64,000 nt of DNA from an uncultured delta proteobacterium (GCA_963850305.1 CAWKKR010000007.1:384001-448000); one strand, 5' to 3'; numbered from the stretch's first letter, positions 1 to 11,820 are shown. Program-made: numbers and translations. The notes: generated by a model not told the origin, from the sequence alone.

Positions 1-236
1 CGAGGGTCTTCGAGCCCTTCTTCACCACGAAGGAAACCGGGCGCGGCAGTGGCCTGGGTCTCGCGACAGCCTACGCGATCACGACGGACCACGGGGAGCG
101 TTTGACTTGCGAGAGTCAGCTCGGTGTCGGTACGACCTTCACTGCCCTCCTGCCGGCGGTGGACGAGGCGGTCCGGGAAGCCGTCTCCCCATCCGAATCC
201 GACGGCACGGCCGCAGTTTCGACTGGTTCTACCTGA
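1..236 (+). CDS. Sensor histidine kinase, C-terminal HATPase domain (5' partial)
   Basis: Frame from nt 3 reads [24 protein letters not shown]...GVGTTF (F and G2 boxes); TGA at 234-236. Confidence 0.9.
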   Translation, partial: RVFEPFFTTKETGRGSGLGLATAYAITTDHGERLTCESQLGVGTTFTALLPAVDEAVREAVSPSESDGTAAVSTGST

Positions 237-371
237 CGCATTGCAGCGGTCCGTGAGAGGCTGGACCAGCTTTCGGGCGGCATGGGATTCTCATGACAGT
301 TTTTGCGCTCGGGAGTAAAGGCAGTGTCCCGGTCCGGCGGGACATAGCCGCGAGGGAACGCGACCGCAGCC

Positions 372-3300
372 ATGGGAATTTCCGAGCCTGTTTCTAGAAT
401 TGCGATCGTCAACCGGGGTGAAGCTGCGGCGCGGTGCCTCCGCGCCATCCGGGAGCTGCGGATGGAGGAAAAGACGAGCCTCGTCGGCATCGCCCTCTTT
501 ACGGATCCCGACAAGCTCGCCCCGTTCGTGCGCGACGCCGACGAAGCGTTCGGCCTCGGCCCCGCCTTCCAGATGACGCCAGGCGGCGAAACCGAAATCG
601 GTATATCTCGACTACGACCGACTGGTTGCGGCCCTCCGGGCAGTGCGGGCCGACGCAGTATGGCCCGGGTGGGGATTCGTCGCGGAACACCCTGACTTTG
701 CGGATCTGCTGGCGCGAGAAGGAATCACCTTCCTCGGGCCCAGCGGCGAAACGATGCGCCGACTCGGCGACAAGATCATGTCGAAACGGATCGCGGAGGC
801 AGCAGGCGTGCCCGTTTCGCCCTGGAGTGGTGGCCCCGTGTCCCGCGAGAACGTTTCGGCCGTGGCGCAGAAGATTGGCTTCCCCATCGTCCTGAAGGCG
901 ACTGCCGGGGGCGGCGGCCGCGGGATCCGCATCGTGGACGGGCCCGCGGACCTGCTCACTGCGTTCGACAGCGCGACGTCGGAAGCGAAGAGCGCCTTCG
1001 GCGACGGTACGCTCTTCGCCGAGGCGCGCATCGCGAACGCGAGGCACGTGGAAGTTCAGATGGCTGCGGACCGGCACGGAGGGGTGCTCGCGGTCGGGCT
1101 CCGCGACTGCTCCGTGCAGCGCAAACACCAGAAGGTCATCGAGGAGGGGCCTCCGCCTGGGCTTTCCCCCGCGTTGATGGAGCGTATGCGCTCGGCCTCC
1201 GTGCAGCTGCTTCGCGACGTCGAATACGCGGGTGTCGCGACGTGCGAATATCTCGTGACTGGAGGCAATCACTTCTACTTTCTCGAAGTGAACCCGCGGC
1301 TCCAGGTCGAGCACGGGGTGACCGAGATCCTCACCGGGTTCGACCTCGTGAAGGCTCAGATCCGCATCGCCCGCGGCGAGAAATTGCCGGAGCGCCCACC
1401 CGAAGAGCGCGGCGCAGTGATGGAAGTAAGACTGTGTGCGGAGGATCCGGCGTCGGGCTTCGCGCCGAGCCCCGGACACATTTCGCTCCTGGATCTTCCG
1501 GCGGGGCCCGGCGTACGCGTGGACTCGGGCATCTCGGCGGGGATGAACGTGCCGAGCGAGTTCGACTCGATGATCGCGAAGATCCTGGCGCAAGGTGCGA
1601 CGCGTGAAGAAGCGCGGGCTCGCCTCGAGCGCGCCGTGCTCGACGCACGCGTCGTGATCGAAGGGGGGATGACCAACAAGGGGTTTCTGCTCGACGTACT
1701 CGATCACCCGGCCTTCGGTGCGGGTGGAGTCACGACCGATTGGCTCGACGCGGCGGGCCTCGCGAGACCGACTCAGCCGGTGGTCGAGGCCCTCCTCGTC
1801 TCCGCGATTCACCAGTACCAGAAGGGTCGAGCAGCCGCGCGCGCCAACTTCATCGCGGAGGCGTCACGCGGACGGCCGATGAACATCCCGCCGTCGGCCG
1901 GCGCCGAAGTCGGTCTGGTGTACGCCGGGAACGCGTACCGTCTCCACGTGTTCGCCCTCGGAGGCTGGGCTTACCGGATCCACCATGAGGGGCGCGCGAT
2001 GCAGGTCACGTTGCTCGAGCAGGGACCGTTCGCTCGTCTCCTCGTCACGCGCAAGCGCCGTCTTCCGGTTCTCGTGAGTGCGACCGACGTGGAGATCCGT
2101 CTCGACCTCGATGGGCGGCAGCACCGCGTCGAATGCGACGTCGGCGGGCGAGTCCGCGCTCCGGCGCCCTCGCTGCTCATCGACGTGTCCGTCAAGGCGG
2201 GCGACCGGGTGGAAGTGGGCGACCGCCTCGGTCTCTTCGAGGCGATGAAGTGCGAGACGGCGTTCCACGCGCCGATCGCCGGCCTCGTGCGCGAGGTGGC
2301 CGCGCGTCCCGGCGAGAGATTGAACGCGGGCGACGTCATCGTCGTCATCGAAGCGAGCTCGGATGGGCCCGACCCACGCAGCGCCCGCGCTCTCGTCGAG
2401 TTCGCGGATGAGCCGCACCCGCTCGACTGTTTCCTCGATTCGAAAAAGCACGCCGGCTTCGAACCCGTGGACGCCCTTTCGGAGGAGCAACGCCGCGAGG
2501 CGGTCCAGGCCCTACGCGCCCAGATTCGAAGGATCTTTCTCGGCTACGACGTGAGCCCTGCACGGGCGCAGCATCTCGTGCAGGCGCTCTCGAGCAGCGT
2601 CGCGCGGATCTCGTCGGAGTTCCGGTCCGTACTGGGCTCGCTCGTGCCTGCGAGCCTCGAGCTTTTCGCCGATCTGGAGCTCCTGTTCAGTCGCGCCCCG
2701 ACGCGGCTCGACAACGACGAACTCGGCCCGTCGAACGACGCGCGCATGGCGATGTATCTACGCCGCATTGCCGCCCAGGGCGCCGGAATCGACGCTGGAT
2801 TCCTCGCTCTGCTCCGGCGCGCATTCGAACATTACGGGATCTCGTCGCTGAAGCCCACGGACACTCTCGAACGCGCGGCGCTTCGTCTCTACTCGACGCG
2901 AACGACGATGGCGCTCCGAAACAGGCTCGCAACGGCGGTGCTTCATCTCGCCATGCACCTGGCCGACGCGGGCGAACATGTCGAAGCCCCGACCACGCTC
3001 AGAGACGCACTGGACAGAATCTGGATGCTGAGGGGAACCGTGAACGCGACGGTCGCCGATCTCGCTGCGCAGGTGAGATTCCTCCTTTTCGACCGAAAAG
3101 CGCAGGCGGTGGAGGAGGCAAGGGGCCTTCGCGTCGCGCCCGAGTTGACGATGGTCGAGCCGCCCGCCGGGGCGGACCTGGCGCCGTATGCCGAACCGCT
3201 CGGCCTCACGATCGAGCAAGCACGGCGGTTAGAGCTCTGGCGACTCGCGAATTTCGAGCTCGAGCGGTTCGAGCTTCCGGGTTTCGACGGCATCGTCGCG

Positions 3301-5460
3301 CTGTTCGGCAAGTCTCGGGAGGGCCGCGGTGACGAACGGTTGTTCGTCTTCGCCGAGATCCTCGATCTCGGTCCGGGTGCGCCGTCCGAGCCCGACCTGT
3401 CCATCTTCGAGCGGCGCTTCCACGCCGCCGTGGAGGCCATGCGCTCGATCCAGAGCCAGCGAGAAAACGCCCAGCGGCTCCACTGGAATCGCCTGTATCT
3501 CATCGTACGCACCCCGGTGGTATTGAACGAGCGGCTAGTCGCGGCCGGGATGCGAAGGCTGGCTCCGGAAACCGGCCACCTCGGGCTCGAACGCGTCATC
3601 GTTCGTATCGCGCGTATCGATCCGACTGGGAAGGAGCCCAAGCCACGAAAGATCGAGCTTCTCGCCGGGAACCCGACCGGTGGGCGAGTGGAATGGAGCA
3701 TCCGCGTTCCCCACGACAGGCCGCTGGAGCCAGCGAGCCCTTACGAGCGTCGTGTGGCTCTGGCCCGTGCGCGCGGACTGACCTACCCGTACGAGATCGT
3801 CCGCTTGTTCACCGCGGCCGCCGATCCGTCCATTCAGTCCATCGGTCAACCGCTGGGACGCGGGTCGTTCACCGAATACGATCTGGAGGGCGGCCGGGCC
3901 GTCCCGTTCGAACGAGCGCCAGGGGAGAACACCTGCGCGATCGTCTTTGGCATCGTCTCGACTCCGACCCGCAAATTTCCGGAAGGCATGCGGCGCGTTC
4001 TGGTGTTGAGCGATCCCACGCTCGATATGGGAGCCCTGTCCGCCGCCGAGTGCGACCGCATCGTCGCGGCGATGGATCTCGCGGAACGCGATCGGATTCC
4101 AGTCGAGTGGGTCGCCGTTTCCGCAGGAGCGCGGATCGCGATGGATAGCGGGACGGAGAACCTCGACGCGACGGCACGAGTGGTGCGCCGTCTCGTGACG
4201 TTCACGGACAAGGGCGGGGAGGTGAATCTGATCTTGCCGGGCGTGAACGTGGGCGCACAGAGCTACTTCGACGCGCTCGCGACGATGGGGCTCTCCACGC
4301 GCGGGATTCTCGTGATGTTGCCGACAGCGTCGATGGTGCTCACCGGACGGGCAGCGCTTCAATTCGCCGGAGGAGTCGCCGCCGAGGACGAAGTCGGGAT
4401 TGGCGGGTACGAGCGCATCATGGGACCGAACGGCGAGGCTCAGTACCATGCAAGAGAGCTGACCGATGCTTATGCGATTCTCCTCGAACACTACGCCGTG
4501 ACCTACCGCGCGCCGGGTGAAGACCGTCCGCGGAGGTTCGCGACGCGTGACCCTGCGGATCGGGACTTCACGACCGCGCGTTACGATGGGGACGAGGGCT
4601 TCGAGACCATCGCGGACGTCTTCTCGAACGAGTCGAATCCCGGGAAGAAGCGCCCGTTCGCGATGCGCTCCGTGATGCGAGCCCTGATCGATTCGGACGG
4701 TGGTTACCTGGAGCGGTGGCGGGACTGGGCCGATGCGCAGGCGGCGATCGTCTGGGATTGTCACATCGGTGGCTCTCCGGCGACGCTCATCGGCATCGAG
4801 AGCCGACAGCAGCTACGCATCGGATACACGCCGAACGACGGTCCCAACGCCTGGACGGCAGCCACGCTATTTCCCGCCTCCTCGAAGAAGGTGGCTCGCG
4901 CGCTGAACGCGGCCAGCGGGAACCGCCCTGCGGTCATCCTCGCCAACCTGTCCGGATTCGACGGCTCGCCGGAATCGATGCGCCGCGGGGTGCTCGAGCT
5001 CGGTGCGGCGATCGCCCGCGCCGTCGTCCGCTTCCAGGGCAAGCTCGCGTTCGTCGTCGTGACTCGCTACCACGGCGGCGCCTACGTCGTGTTCTCGCAG
5101 GAACTCAACGACGGCATGAAGACGGTCGCGCTCACGGGATTCTACGCGTCGGTTATCGGTGGCGCCGCAGCGGCGGCCGTCGTCTTCGGTCGCGACGTCC
5201 GCAAGCGGATGCTGGCGGATCCCCGTGTCCACGAAGCGCGAAGCGAGATCGACGGGGCTCGCGACGCCACGACCCGAGCGGCGTACCGCACGCACCTCAA
5301 TCGCGTCATGGAGGAAGTCACCCTCGAGAAGCAGGCCGAGGTCGCGGCGGAGTTCGACGCCGTCCACACCGTCGAGCGCGCGAAGAACGTCGGCTCCGTC
5401 CACGATATCCTGGAGCCGAGAGACCTCCGTGCCACGATCTCGAAGTGGTTGGTCGAGTGA
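372..5460 (+). CDS. Single-chain biotin-dependent acyl-CoA carboxylase (BC-BCCP-central region-CT), ~1695 aa; +1 frameshift near 590
   Basis: The N-terminus RIAIVNRGEAA (ORF 372) joins VYLDYDRLVAALRAVRADAVWPGWGF if one A is removed at 589-591. BC motifs GGGGRG, RDCSVQRKHQK and FLEVNPRLQVEH; biotinyl site EAMKC; CT motifs SAGARI, ANLSGF and GGAYVV. Confidence 0.9.
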
Positions 5461-5464
5461 CCCG

Positions 5465-6652
5465 ATGAAAATCGCCGTCGTCAGCGACGAGCATTTCCCT
5501 CACACCGGCGCGGACACCGAGGTCATCGTCAACACCGCTGCGGCGCTCGGCGTCGCGGGAGCGGACGTGACGCTCGTCGTGCCCTGGCTCTGGCGTCGTG
5601 GTCGCGGCGACGAGATTCGCGCATTTTACGGCGTCCCTGAGTCGTTCCGCATCGAGGAGATATTCGGGTGGCCCTTGCCGGCACGTGCCATGCGCGTGGA
5701 GAAAGTCTTTCACGGGCTCCTGACGGGCGGGAGCGCCGCGGTCCGTGCGGCTGATGTCGTCCATACTCGCGACATTCTGCCGCTCCTGGTCGCCGGGCTA
5801 CGAGACCTGCCCTGGTCGTTCGAGACGTACCGGCGGCACGCAGAAGAGAAGCCCTGGCTTCCGGGTCTCCTCCGGCACGTTGGTCTCGGCCGCGGCATCG
5901 GGGCCGTTGCCCACTCGAACGTGTGTCGCGAGGACCTGATCGAGCTCGGGTTTTCGAACCACGCTGTCGTGACGGCGCGGCCCGGCTTCGCGCTCGAGCG
6001 TTTCACGCAGGTGGAGTCCAGGACGGACGCGCGCCGGCGGATCGGCATCCCCGAGCACGGATCCATTTTAGCTTACGTCGGGAACATCCACGCCTCCAAG
6101 GGCATGGACCAAGTGCTCGAGCTCGCTCGAAGATTGGTCGAGACGTCGTTCCTCGTCGTCGGGGGTACACCCGCCGAGGTCGAGCGGCTCACGGCCGAGA
6201 AGAATCGCCGCGGACTCGACAATGTCGTCCTCGTCGGACACCGGCGGCCCTCCGAGATAGCGTCGTATCTGTTTGCTGCGGACGTGCTCTTTTCGCCGTA
6301 TTTGCGCTGGAACTTGCGCACGGGCTGGCTCGCGGAAAGACTCGGCGGGAACGTGCTCCCCGGGACGCCGCTGAAGCTATACGGGTACCTGGCGTCCGAG
6401 CGGCCCATCGTTGCGGCCGATCAAGCGACCAACCGAGAGCTGCTCCGACACGACGAGAACGCGTTACTGTTCCCGGAAGGCCGCCTCGATATCGCGGCTG
6501 ATGCGGTCAATCGTCTCCTGTCGGACGCCGCGCTGGCCGGACGCCTCGCGAGACGGGGCCGTGAGTTCGTGCTGAATTCGACCTGGGAGGCGCGCGCAAA
6601 AGTGATGCTTTCCTTCTTCGAGCGGCGCCTCGCGACGCGAAGGAACGAATGA
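5465..6652 (+). CDS. Glycosyltransferase, GT4-like (GT-B fold)
   Basis: MKIAVV start 4 nt after the carboxylase stop; YVGNIHASKG, ADVLFSP and PLKLYGYLASERPIV motifs. Confidence 0.85.
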   Translation: MKIAVVSDEHFPHTGADTEVIVNTAAALGVAGADVTLVVPWLWRRGRGDEIRAFYGVPESFRIEEIFGWPLPARAMRVEKVFHGLLTGGSAAVRAADVVHTRDILPLLVAGLRDLPWSFETYRRHAEEKPWLPGLLRHVGLGRGIGAVAHSNVCREDLIELGFSNHAVVTARPGFALERFTQVESRTDARRRIGIPEHGSILAYVGNIHASKGMDQVLELARRLVETSFLVVGGTPAEVERLTAEKNRRGLDNVVLVGHRRPSEIASYLFAADVLFSPYLRWNLRTGWLAERLGGNVLPGTPLKLYGYLASERPIVAADQATNRELLRHDENALLFPEGRLDIAADAVNRLLSDAALAGRLARRGREFVLNSTWEARAKVMLSFFERRLATRRNE

Positions 6653-7380
6653 GCCGCGATGCCTTCCTCGATCCGCTCGGCGAGCTTGCGACGGTAGCGC
6701 CGCGGGTCTGGGCCATCGTCAACGCGGCGCGGCTCCGCGCAGTCAGGCGCGTCCGGTTGGACGGAGCAGTGTGTAGAGGGCCGTCCACCCGACGGGTGCT
6801 CGCCTTGACGTTCGATGACGGGCCGGACGAGCGATTCACTCCGGCGATCCTGGACGCGCTCGCCGCCGCGGGTGCTCGCGCGACGTTCTTTTTCTCGGGG
6901 GCCGCGATGGAGAGATTTCCGAGCATCGCGCGGCGCACCGCCGAAGCCCACGAGATCGGGACCCATCTTTATTCTCACGATTGCGAGAGGACGCGGACCT
7001 TGGTCGCATTCGACGACGAATTGGAGCGTGCGCTCCAGGTTCACGAACGGATCCTGGGGAATCGTCCGACGGCACTCCGGTTCCCCTTCGGGGATCGCGG
7101 GAGAGTCCGGCGCGCCGATCTCGAGAGGCGCGGGATGACGGCGTTTCACTGGACGTTCAGCTCGGAGGACTCGACGGCTCGGACGGCATCCGCCATCGAG
7201 TCGCACGTCGTGCCCCGGCTCCACGCGGGCGCGATCGTTCTTTTCCACGACGGCCGAGCCCCGGGCTCGACGTTGGGGCTCGGGTCGAGGGCGCCGACAG
7301 TCGAAGCCCTGCCGCGGATTCTGCGAGCTGTCGCCGAACGGCAGTTTGCCGCGGTGACGCTGCGCGACCTGCTCAGGTGA
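6649..7380 (+). CDS. Polysaccharide deacetylase (NodB/CE4)
   Basis: LTFDDGP, HEIGTHLYSH, RFPFG and IVLFHD motifs; ATGA overlap with the GT gene. Confidence 0.9.
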   Translation: MSRDAFLDPLGELATVAPRVWAIVNAARLRAVRRVRLDGAVCRGPSTRRVLALTFDDGPDERFTPAILDALAAAGARATFFFSGAAMERFPSIARRTAEAHEIGTHLYSHDCERTRTLVAFDDELERALQVHERILGNRPTALRFPFGDRGRVRRADLERRGMTAFHWTFSSEDSTARTASAIESHVVPRLHAGAIVLFHDGRAPGSTLGLGSRAPTVEALPRILRAVAERQFAAVTLRDLLR

Positions 7381-8032
7381 AGTGCGGCAGAAGGACGGTC
7401 ACCGCAAAGTAGGAGAAGACTGCGTGCGAGACGATGATCGGGGGGAGACGCGCGAGCATCGACGCCGCGAAGCTCCACACGAGACCGGCACCGAACGCCG
7501 CCACGACGAGGAGGGGGTTCGGTCCGATCACGGAATCGCCGAGCGTCACCAGACTCGGTAGATGCGCAACGGCGTAGAGGATCGCCGCGACGACCCAGGC
7601 CAGACGGGTCCCGATGGCGTCCGTCAGGTCGTTCAACACCGCACCTCGCCAGACGATCTCCTCCAGGGACGCCATCATCGCGATCCCGACGAGGAGTCCG
7701 GGGGAAGGTCGGACGTTGCCGACTTCGATTGCGATACGCAGAAGCCAGACTACCCGCGGGGATCCCCCGCCGAACATCCATTTTTTGACGAGCCACGTGC
7801 CCCCGAAGAGGAGTGCAGCGAGTCCGAATCCAATCGTGAAGTCGCCGGCACGAAGTTGAAAAGTCTGACGGAGGGTCCCGTCCGTGTGCAGGCGGTGGAG
7901 TGAGTAGGCTGCAAGTAGCGTATACGGCACCCCGAGCGAGAACCACACCGCGGGCGTTCCCGCGATCTGCTCGCGAAGCGCGAACCCGATTGCGGTCGCA
8001 ACGATTGCGGTTGCCGCGAGCGCGGTCTTCAT
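7373..8032 (-). CDS. CPBP (CAAX-protease-like) intramembrane metalloprotease
   Basis: Multi-TM protein with EEIVWRG, YAVAH and SHAVF motifs; ATGA overlap with the coaBC stop. Confidence 0.85.
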   Translation of the reverse strand: MKTALAATAIVATAIGFALREQIAGTPAVWFSLGVPYTLLAAYSLHRLHTDGTLRQTFQLRAGDFTIGFGLAALLFGGTWLVKKWMFGGGSPRVVWLLRIAIEVGNVRPSPGLLVGIAMMASLEEIVWRGAVLNDLTDAIGTRLAWVVAAILYAVAHLPSLVTLGDSVIGPNPLLVVAAFGAGLVWSFAASMLARLPPIIVSHAVFSYFAVTVLLPHFT

Positions 8033-9321
8033 CGCTTGCTCTTCGCTCGGGCGACGCCGGGCCCGGCCGCGCGTCGCCGCCCGCCCGCCCTTTTCGATAC
8101 TCGCGTGCTGGCGAGCCGACTCACCAGCCAATCGAGCACGCGCTCGGCAACCTCTCGCTTCGACATTGCATCGAGTGCCTCCGCCTTCTCCTTGTCGACG
8201 ATCATCACTCGATTGTCGTCCCGCCCCATCGACTCTGAAGCAGGGTTCGCCACCACGAGATCGACACGCTTCGCCCGGAGCTTGTCCCGCGCAAGCTCGA
8301 CGATCTCCGCATCGTCCCCGGTTTCCAGCGCGAAGCCGATGAGGACGGGCGCCGAACCCCGCCGAGCGGCTCCAATTTCCGAGAGGATGTCGGGATTCTG
8401 AACCAGGTTCAAGGTGAACGCCGCGTTCTGCCGACGCTTGATCTTCGTTGGATGCGCAGTCGCGGGACGGAAGTCGCCAACCGCCGCACACATAAGGAGC
8501 GCGTCGATACCCGCGAGATCTTTTCCGAGTGCTCGTTTTACCTCGGCTCGCATCTCGAGTGCCGAGCGCACGTCGATGCGGTTCACGCGAGCCGGCGTTG
8601 CCAATGTCACGGGACCCGCGACGAGCGTGACGTCCGCGCCCCGCATCGCGGCGCTCTCGGCTAGCGCGAAGCCCATCTTCCCGGACGAACGATTGCTGAC
8701 GAACCGCACCGGGTCGAGATCCTCCACGGTCGGGCCCGCGGTGATGATGAGTTTGCGCTCCGCGAGGTCACCCGGAGAGAGGCGCTTCACGACGCGCGAC
8801 ACCACCTCTTCCGGTTCGAGCATACGACCCGGGCCGATTTCTCCGGACGCCACCTCGCCGTACCCGGGGCCGAGAACCTCGACGCGTCCGTCGGCGATCA
8901 GCGTGGCGACATTGCGAGTCGTGCTCGGGTGCGTCCACATGTTCGGGTGCATTGCCGGCACGACGAGCACGGGGCACCGAGCGCACAGGACCGTGGCGGA
9001 CAGCAGATCGTCGGCGCACCCTGCGGCAAGGTGCGAGAGAGTGTCTGCGGTTGCGGGCACGACGAGGAGGAGGTCGCTCTCCGCGGCGAGCGAAACGTGT
9101 TTCTCTCCGCCTCTGGCGTCGAACATCGTCGTCTGGACCGGTTCGCCCGTGATGCCGGAGAACGTGCTCGCGCCGACGAACTGTTGAGCACTGGCCGTCA
9201 TCATGACCCCGACGCGTGCCCCCTCCTTCAAGAGCAAACGCGCGACGAGCACGGCCTTGTAAGCTGCGATGGAGCCCGTGACGGCGAGGGTGATCCGCCG
9301 CTCCAAGAGCCGCCCGGTCAC
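8029..9321 (-). CDS. coaBC: Phosphopantothenoylcysteine decarboxylase/synthase
   Basis: VTGSIAAYK, PAMHPNM, TAGPTVEDLDPVRFVSNRSSGKMG and GFALET motifs; GTG start overlaps the mpg stop. Confidence 0.96.
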   Translation of the reverse strand: MTGRLLERRITLAVTGSIAAYKAVLVARLLLKEGARVGVMMTASAQQFVGASTFSGITGEPVQTTMFDARGGEKHVSLAAESDLLLVVPATADTLSHLAAGCADDLLSATVLCARCPVLVVPAMHPNMWTHPSTTRNVATLIADGRVEVLGPGYGEVASGEIGPGRMLEPEEVVSRVVKRLSPGDLAERKLIITAGPTVEDLDPVRFVSNRSSGKMGFALAESAAMRGADVTLVAGPVTLATPARVNRIDVRSALEMRAEVKRALGKDLAGIDALLMCAAVGDFRPATAHPTKIKRRQNAAFTLNLVQNPDILSEIGAARRGSAPVLIGFALETGDDAEIVELARDKLRAKRVDLVVANPASESMGRDDNRVMIVDKEKAEALDAMSKREVAERVLDWLVSRLASTRVSKRAGGRRRAAGPGVARAKSKR

Positions 9322-9968
9322 GACGGCCTCGCCCCACGTCTCGAGACGTAGCGGCTCTCCGGGTCGAAGAATCGCCACGCCTTCCTGGCCCAGGCGCCCG
9401 CGTAGTCGACGCCGATGCGAGGCGCTCGAGCGACCCGGCCGATGCGCGGGCCGTCCGCGAGATAAAGAGCCTCGGGCCGGCAGAGATCAGCGCCATAGTC
9501 CCGGCGCGTGATGTCGAAGGCTATGCAGAGTTTGCCGGGGCCGTTCGTAAGGTTGAGGTCCGCCTCCGCCAGGTTTCGCCGTTGCGCCATGAGCGAAATC
9601 CCCCTCAGCGGTTCGACCGCTCTGATCAGGATCGCGTGCGGCTCCCCGGTCGCGGCAACGACCAGATTGAAATGGGCGTAGAGGCCGTAAATCACGAAAA
9701 CATAGGCGTATCCGGGCGGGCCGAACATGACCTCGGTGCGAGATGTACGTCGTCCGCGCGAACTGTGCGCCGCCAGATCTTCCGGCCCTCGGTACGCCTC
9801 CGCCTCGACGATGCGCCCGACCGTAGTGCCTTGCCCGGTGCTCCGGACCAGTATTTTGCCGATGCAATCCTTCGCGACGCCTAGGACGGGCCGCGCATAG
9901 AACGCCCGGGGGAGCGGCAGCAAACCGCGCCGCGCTGCGGCGGAACCCGACCGCCAGAGCCCTTTCAT
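9318..9968 (-). CDS. mpg: DNA-3-methyladenine glycosylase (AAG/MPG family)
   Basis: GRIVEAEAY, MFGPPGYAYV, LIRAVEP, NGPGKLC and PRIGV motifs. Start could be 9968 or 9998. Confidence 0.93.
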   Translation of the reverse strand: MKGLWRSGSAAARRGLLPLPRAFYARPVLGVAKDCIGKILVRSTGQGTTVGRIVEAEAYRGPEDLAAHSSRGRRTSRTEVMFGPPGYAYVFVIYGLYAHFNLVVAATGEPHAILIRAVEPLRGISLMAQRRNLAEADLNLTNGPGKLCIAFDITRRDYGADLCRPEALYLADGPRIGRVARAPRIGVDYAGAWARKAWRFFDPESRYVSRRGARPS

Positions 9969-10020
9969 GGGTCCTCGATTACCAGAAGTGGCGTCCATCT
10001 GGTAGATTAGCTCTGAACGT

Positions 10021-11676
10021 ATGCCGGAAGAGGCTGCACTTCAGAAGCCGGTGCTCAGGCCGAGAGTAATCGGCCGGTACGCGCTCTTCGGTGAGATCGC
10101 TGCCGGGGGCATGGCGACGGTCCATTTCGGCAGGCTCGTCGGCCCCGTCGGCTTCTCGCGAACCGTCGCGATCAAACGGCTTCATCCCCAATACGCCAAG
10201 GACCCAGAGTTCGTGGCCATGTTCCTGGACGAGGCGCGGCTCGCGTCGCGGATTCAACACCCGAACGTCGTGACGACGCTCGACGTCGTGAACATGCCGA
10301 ACGAGGTGTTCCTCGTGATGGAGTACGTGCAAGGCGAGAGCCTCTCACGCTTGATACGCAACGCGAGGAAGGGCGGCGGGCGGGTTCCGCCGGGGCACGT
10401 CGCGGCCATCATGGCCGGGATGCTGCACGGATTACACGCCGCGCACGAAGCCAAGAGCGAACGACGCGAGCCGCTGAACATCGTTCATCGCGACATATCG
10501 CCCCAGAACGTCCTCGTTGGAACCGACGGTGCAGCCCGGGTGCTCGACTTCGGGGTCGCGAAGGCGGCCATGCGCTCCCAGTCCACTCGCGACGGCCAGA
10601 TGAAAGGCAAGCTCAGCTACATGTCGCCGGAGCAGCTGAACGGCAAGGCCGTCGATCGGCGAACCGACCTGTTCGCGGCCGGCGTCGTGCTCTGGGAGGC
10701 ATTAACGGCGAAGCGGCTATTCGATGGAGCCGACGCCGGCGAAATCTTCGCGAAGCTTCTCGCCGGGGAGATCCTCGAGCCCAAAACCGTGGTGGATGGG
10801 ATCGGGGATGCCCTGAACGCGGTCGTGATGAAGTCGCTCGAGCGAGACCCGGATCTTCGCTACCAGACGGCAAGGGAGTTCGCGATCGATCTCGAATCGG
10901 CCACACAGCTCGCCACTCCGCGCACGGTCGGGGAATGGGTCGAGCAGGTCGCCGGCGAAGATCTCGAGCGACGAGCGCAGCTGGTGGCGGAGATCGAGAG
11001 CATCTCCACCGATCCGGAACATCTCGCCGTACTCGAGGACGAGTTCGTCGAGACGCTGGAGGAGACGGCCATTGAACGACCGAGCGTGTCGAGCGCCATG
11101 CAGCCGGCGTCCGGTTCGCGTCCGCGGATGCCTCCGCCGGGCGGCGCGAGTTCGACGGACCGTGAAGAACGCAGCGCCGCATCCAGTCCCGGCGCCTCGA
11201 CCTCTCAGGTTTCGAATTTGATCGTCCCGAACTTGCTCGCTGCGCCACCACGGTCGAGAGGGTCGAGAGGCGTGATACTCGCTGCGCTCGGGGCATGCCT
11301 CGGCGGCGGTGTGCTGGCATTTCTCGTATTCACCACGTCGCACCCTCGACCGGAGGTCGTCCCGCCGCCGGCTCAGCCCGTCGTGGCGGCAGCTCCGCCC
11401 GCGCCGGTGCCGCAACCGGCCGTATCTGCGCGTGCCACTCCGCCGACCGAGACCGTGGAAGTGAAGGATCTTCCCCCGGCACCGCCCGACGATGAGGCAG
11501 AGGGCAGGCGGTCCGGTCTCGCTCGTCCGGCCCCGCACGAGGTGCCGGCCAGGCGCAGCGAGCCGGCGCATCGAGTCGCGACGAAAGCCGCGACGAAGGC
11601 GCCGGCAAGCAACTGCAATCCGCCTTTCACGATCGATGGAAGCGGCATCAAACACATCAAACCCGAGTGCCTCTGA
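10021..11676 (+). CDS. Membrane-anchored Ser/Thr protein kinase
   Basis: GGMATV, VAIK, HRDISPQN, DFG and YMSPE motifs; one TM segment and a Pro-rich tail ending in a Cys pair (CNPPF...PECL). Confidence 0.95.
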   Translation: MPEEAALQKPVLRPRVIGRYALFGEIAAGGMATVHFGRLVGPVGFSRTVAIKRLHPQYAKDPEFVAMFLDEARLASRIQHPNVVTTLDVVNMPNEVFLVMEYVQGESLSRLIRNARKGGGRVPPGHVAAIMAGMLHGLHAAHEAKSERREPLNIVHRDISPQNVLVGTDGAARVLDFGVAKAAMRSQSTRDGQMKGKLSYMSPEQLNGKAVDRRTDLFAAGVVLWEALTAKRLFDGADAGEIFAKLLAGEILEPKTVVDGIGDALNAVVMKSLERDPDLRYQTAREFAIDLESATQLATPRTVGEWVEQVAGEDLERRAQLVAEIESISTDPEHLAVLEDEFVETLEETAIERPSVSSAMQPASGSRPRMPPPGGASSTDREERSAASSPGASTSQVSNLIVPNLLAAPPRSRGSRGVILAALGACLGGGVLAFLVFTTSHPRPEVVPPPAQPVVAAAPPAPVPQPAVSARATPPTETVEVKDLPPAPPDDEAEGRRSGLARPAPHEVPARRSEPAHRVATKAATKAPASNCNPPFTIDGSGIKHIKPECL

Positions 11677-11820
11677 GCACCTGGCTTCCCGGGGAGCAAT
11701 GTGTGTGAAGGTGGTCGAGGCCGTCGCGAACGTCCATCGGATCGGACCTTGCGGGGCGTGGTGATGGGTAAAGTCGGATCCGTGATCGACCTGGATGGGC
11801 CTCGGGTTAGACTGGGCGGG

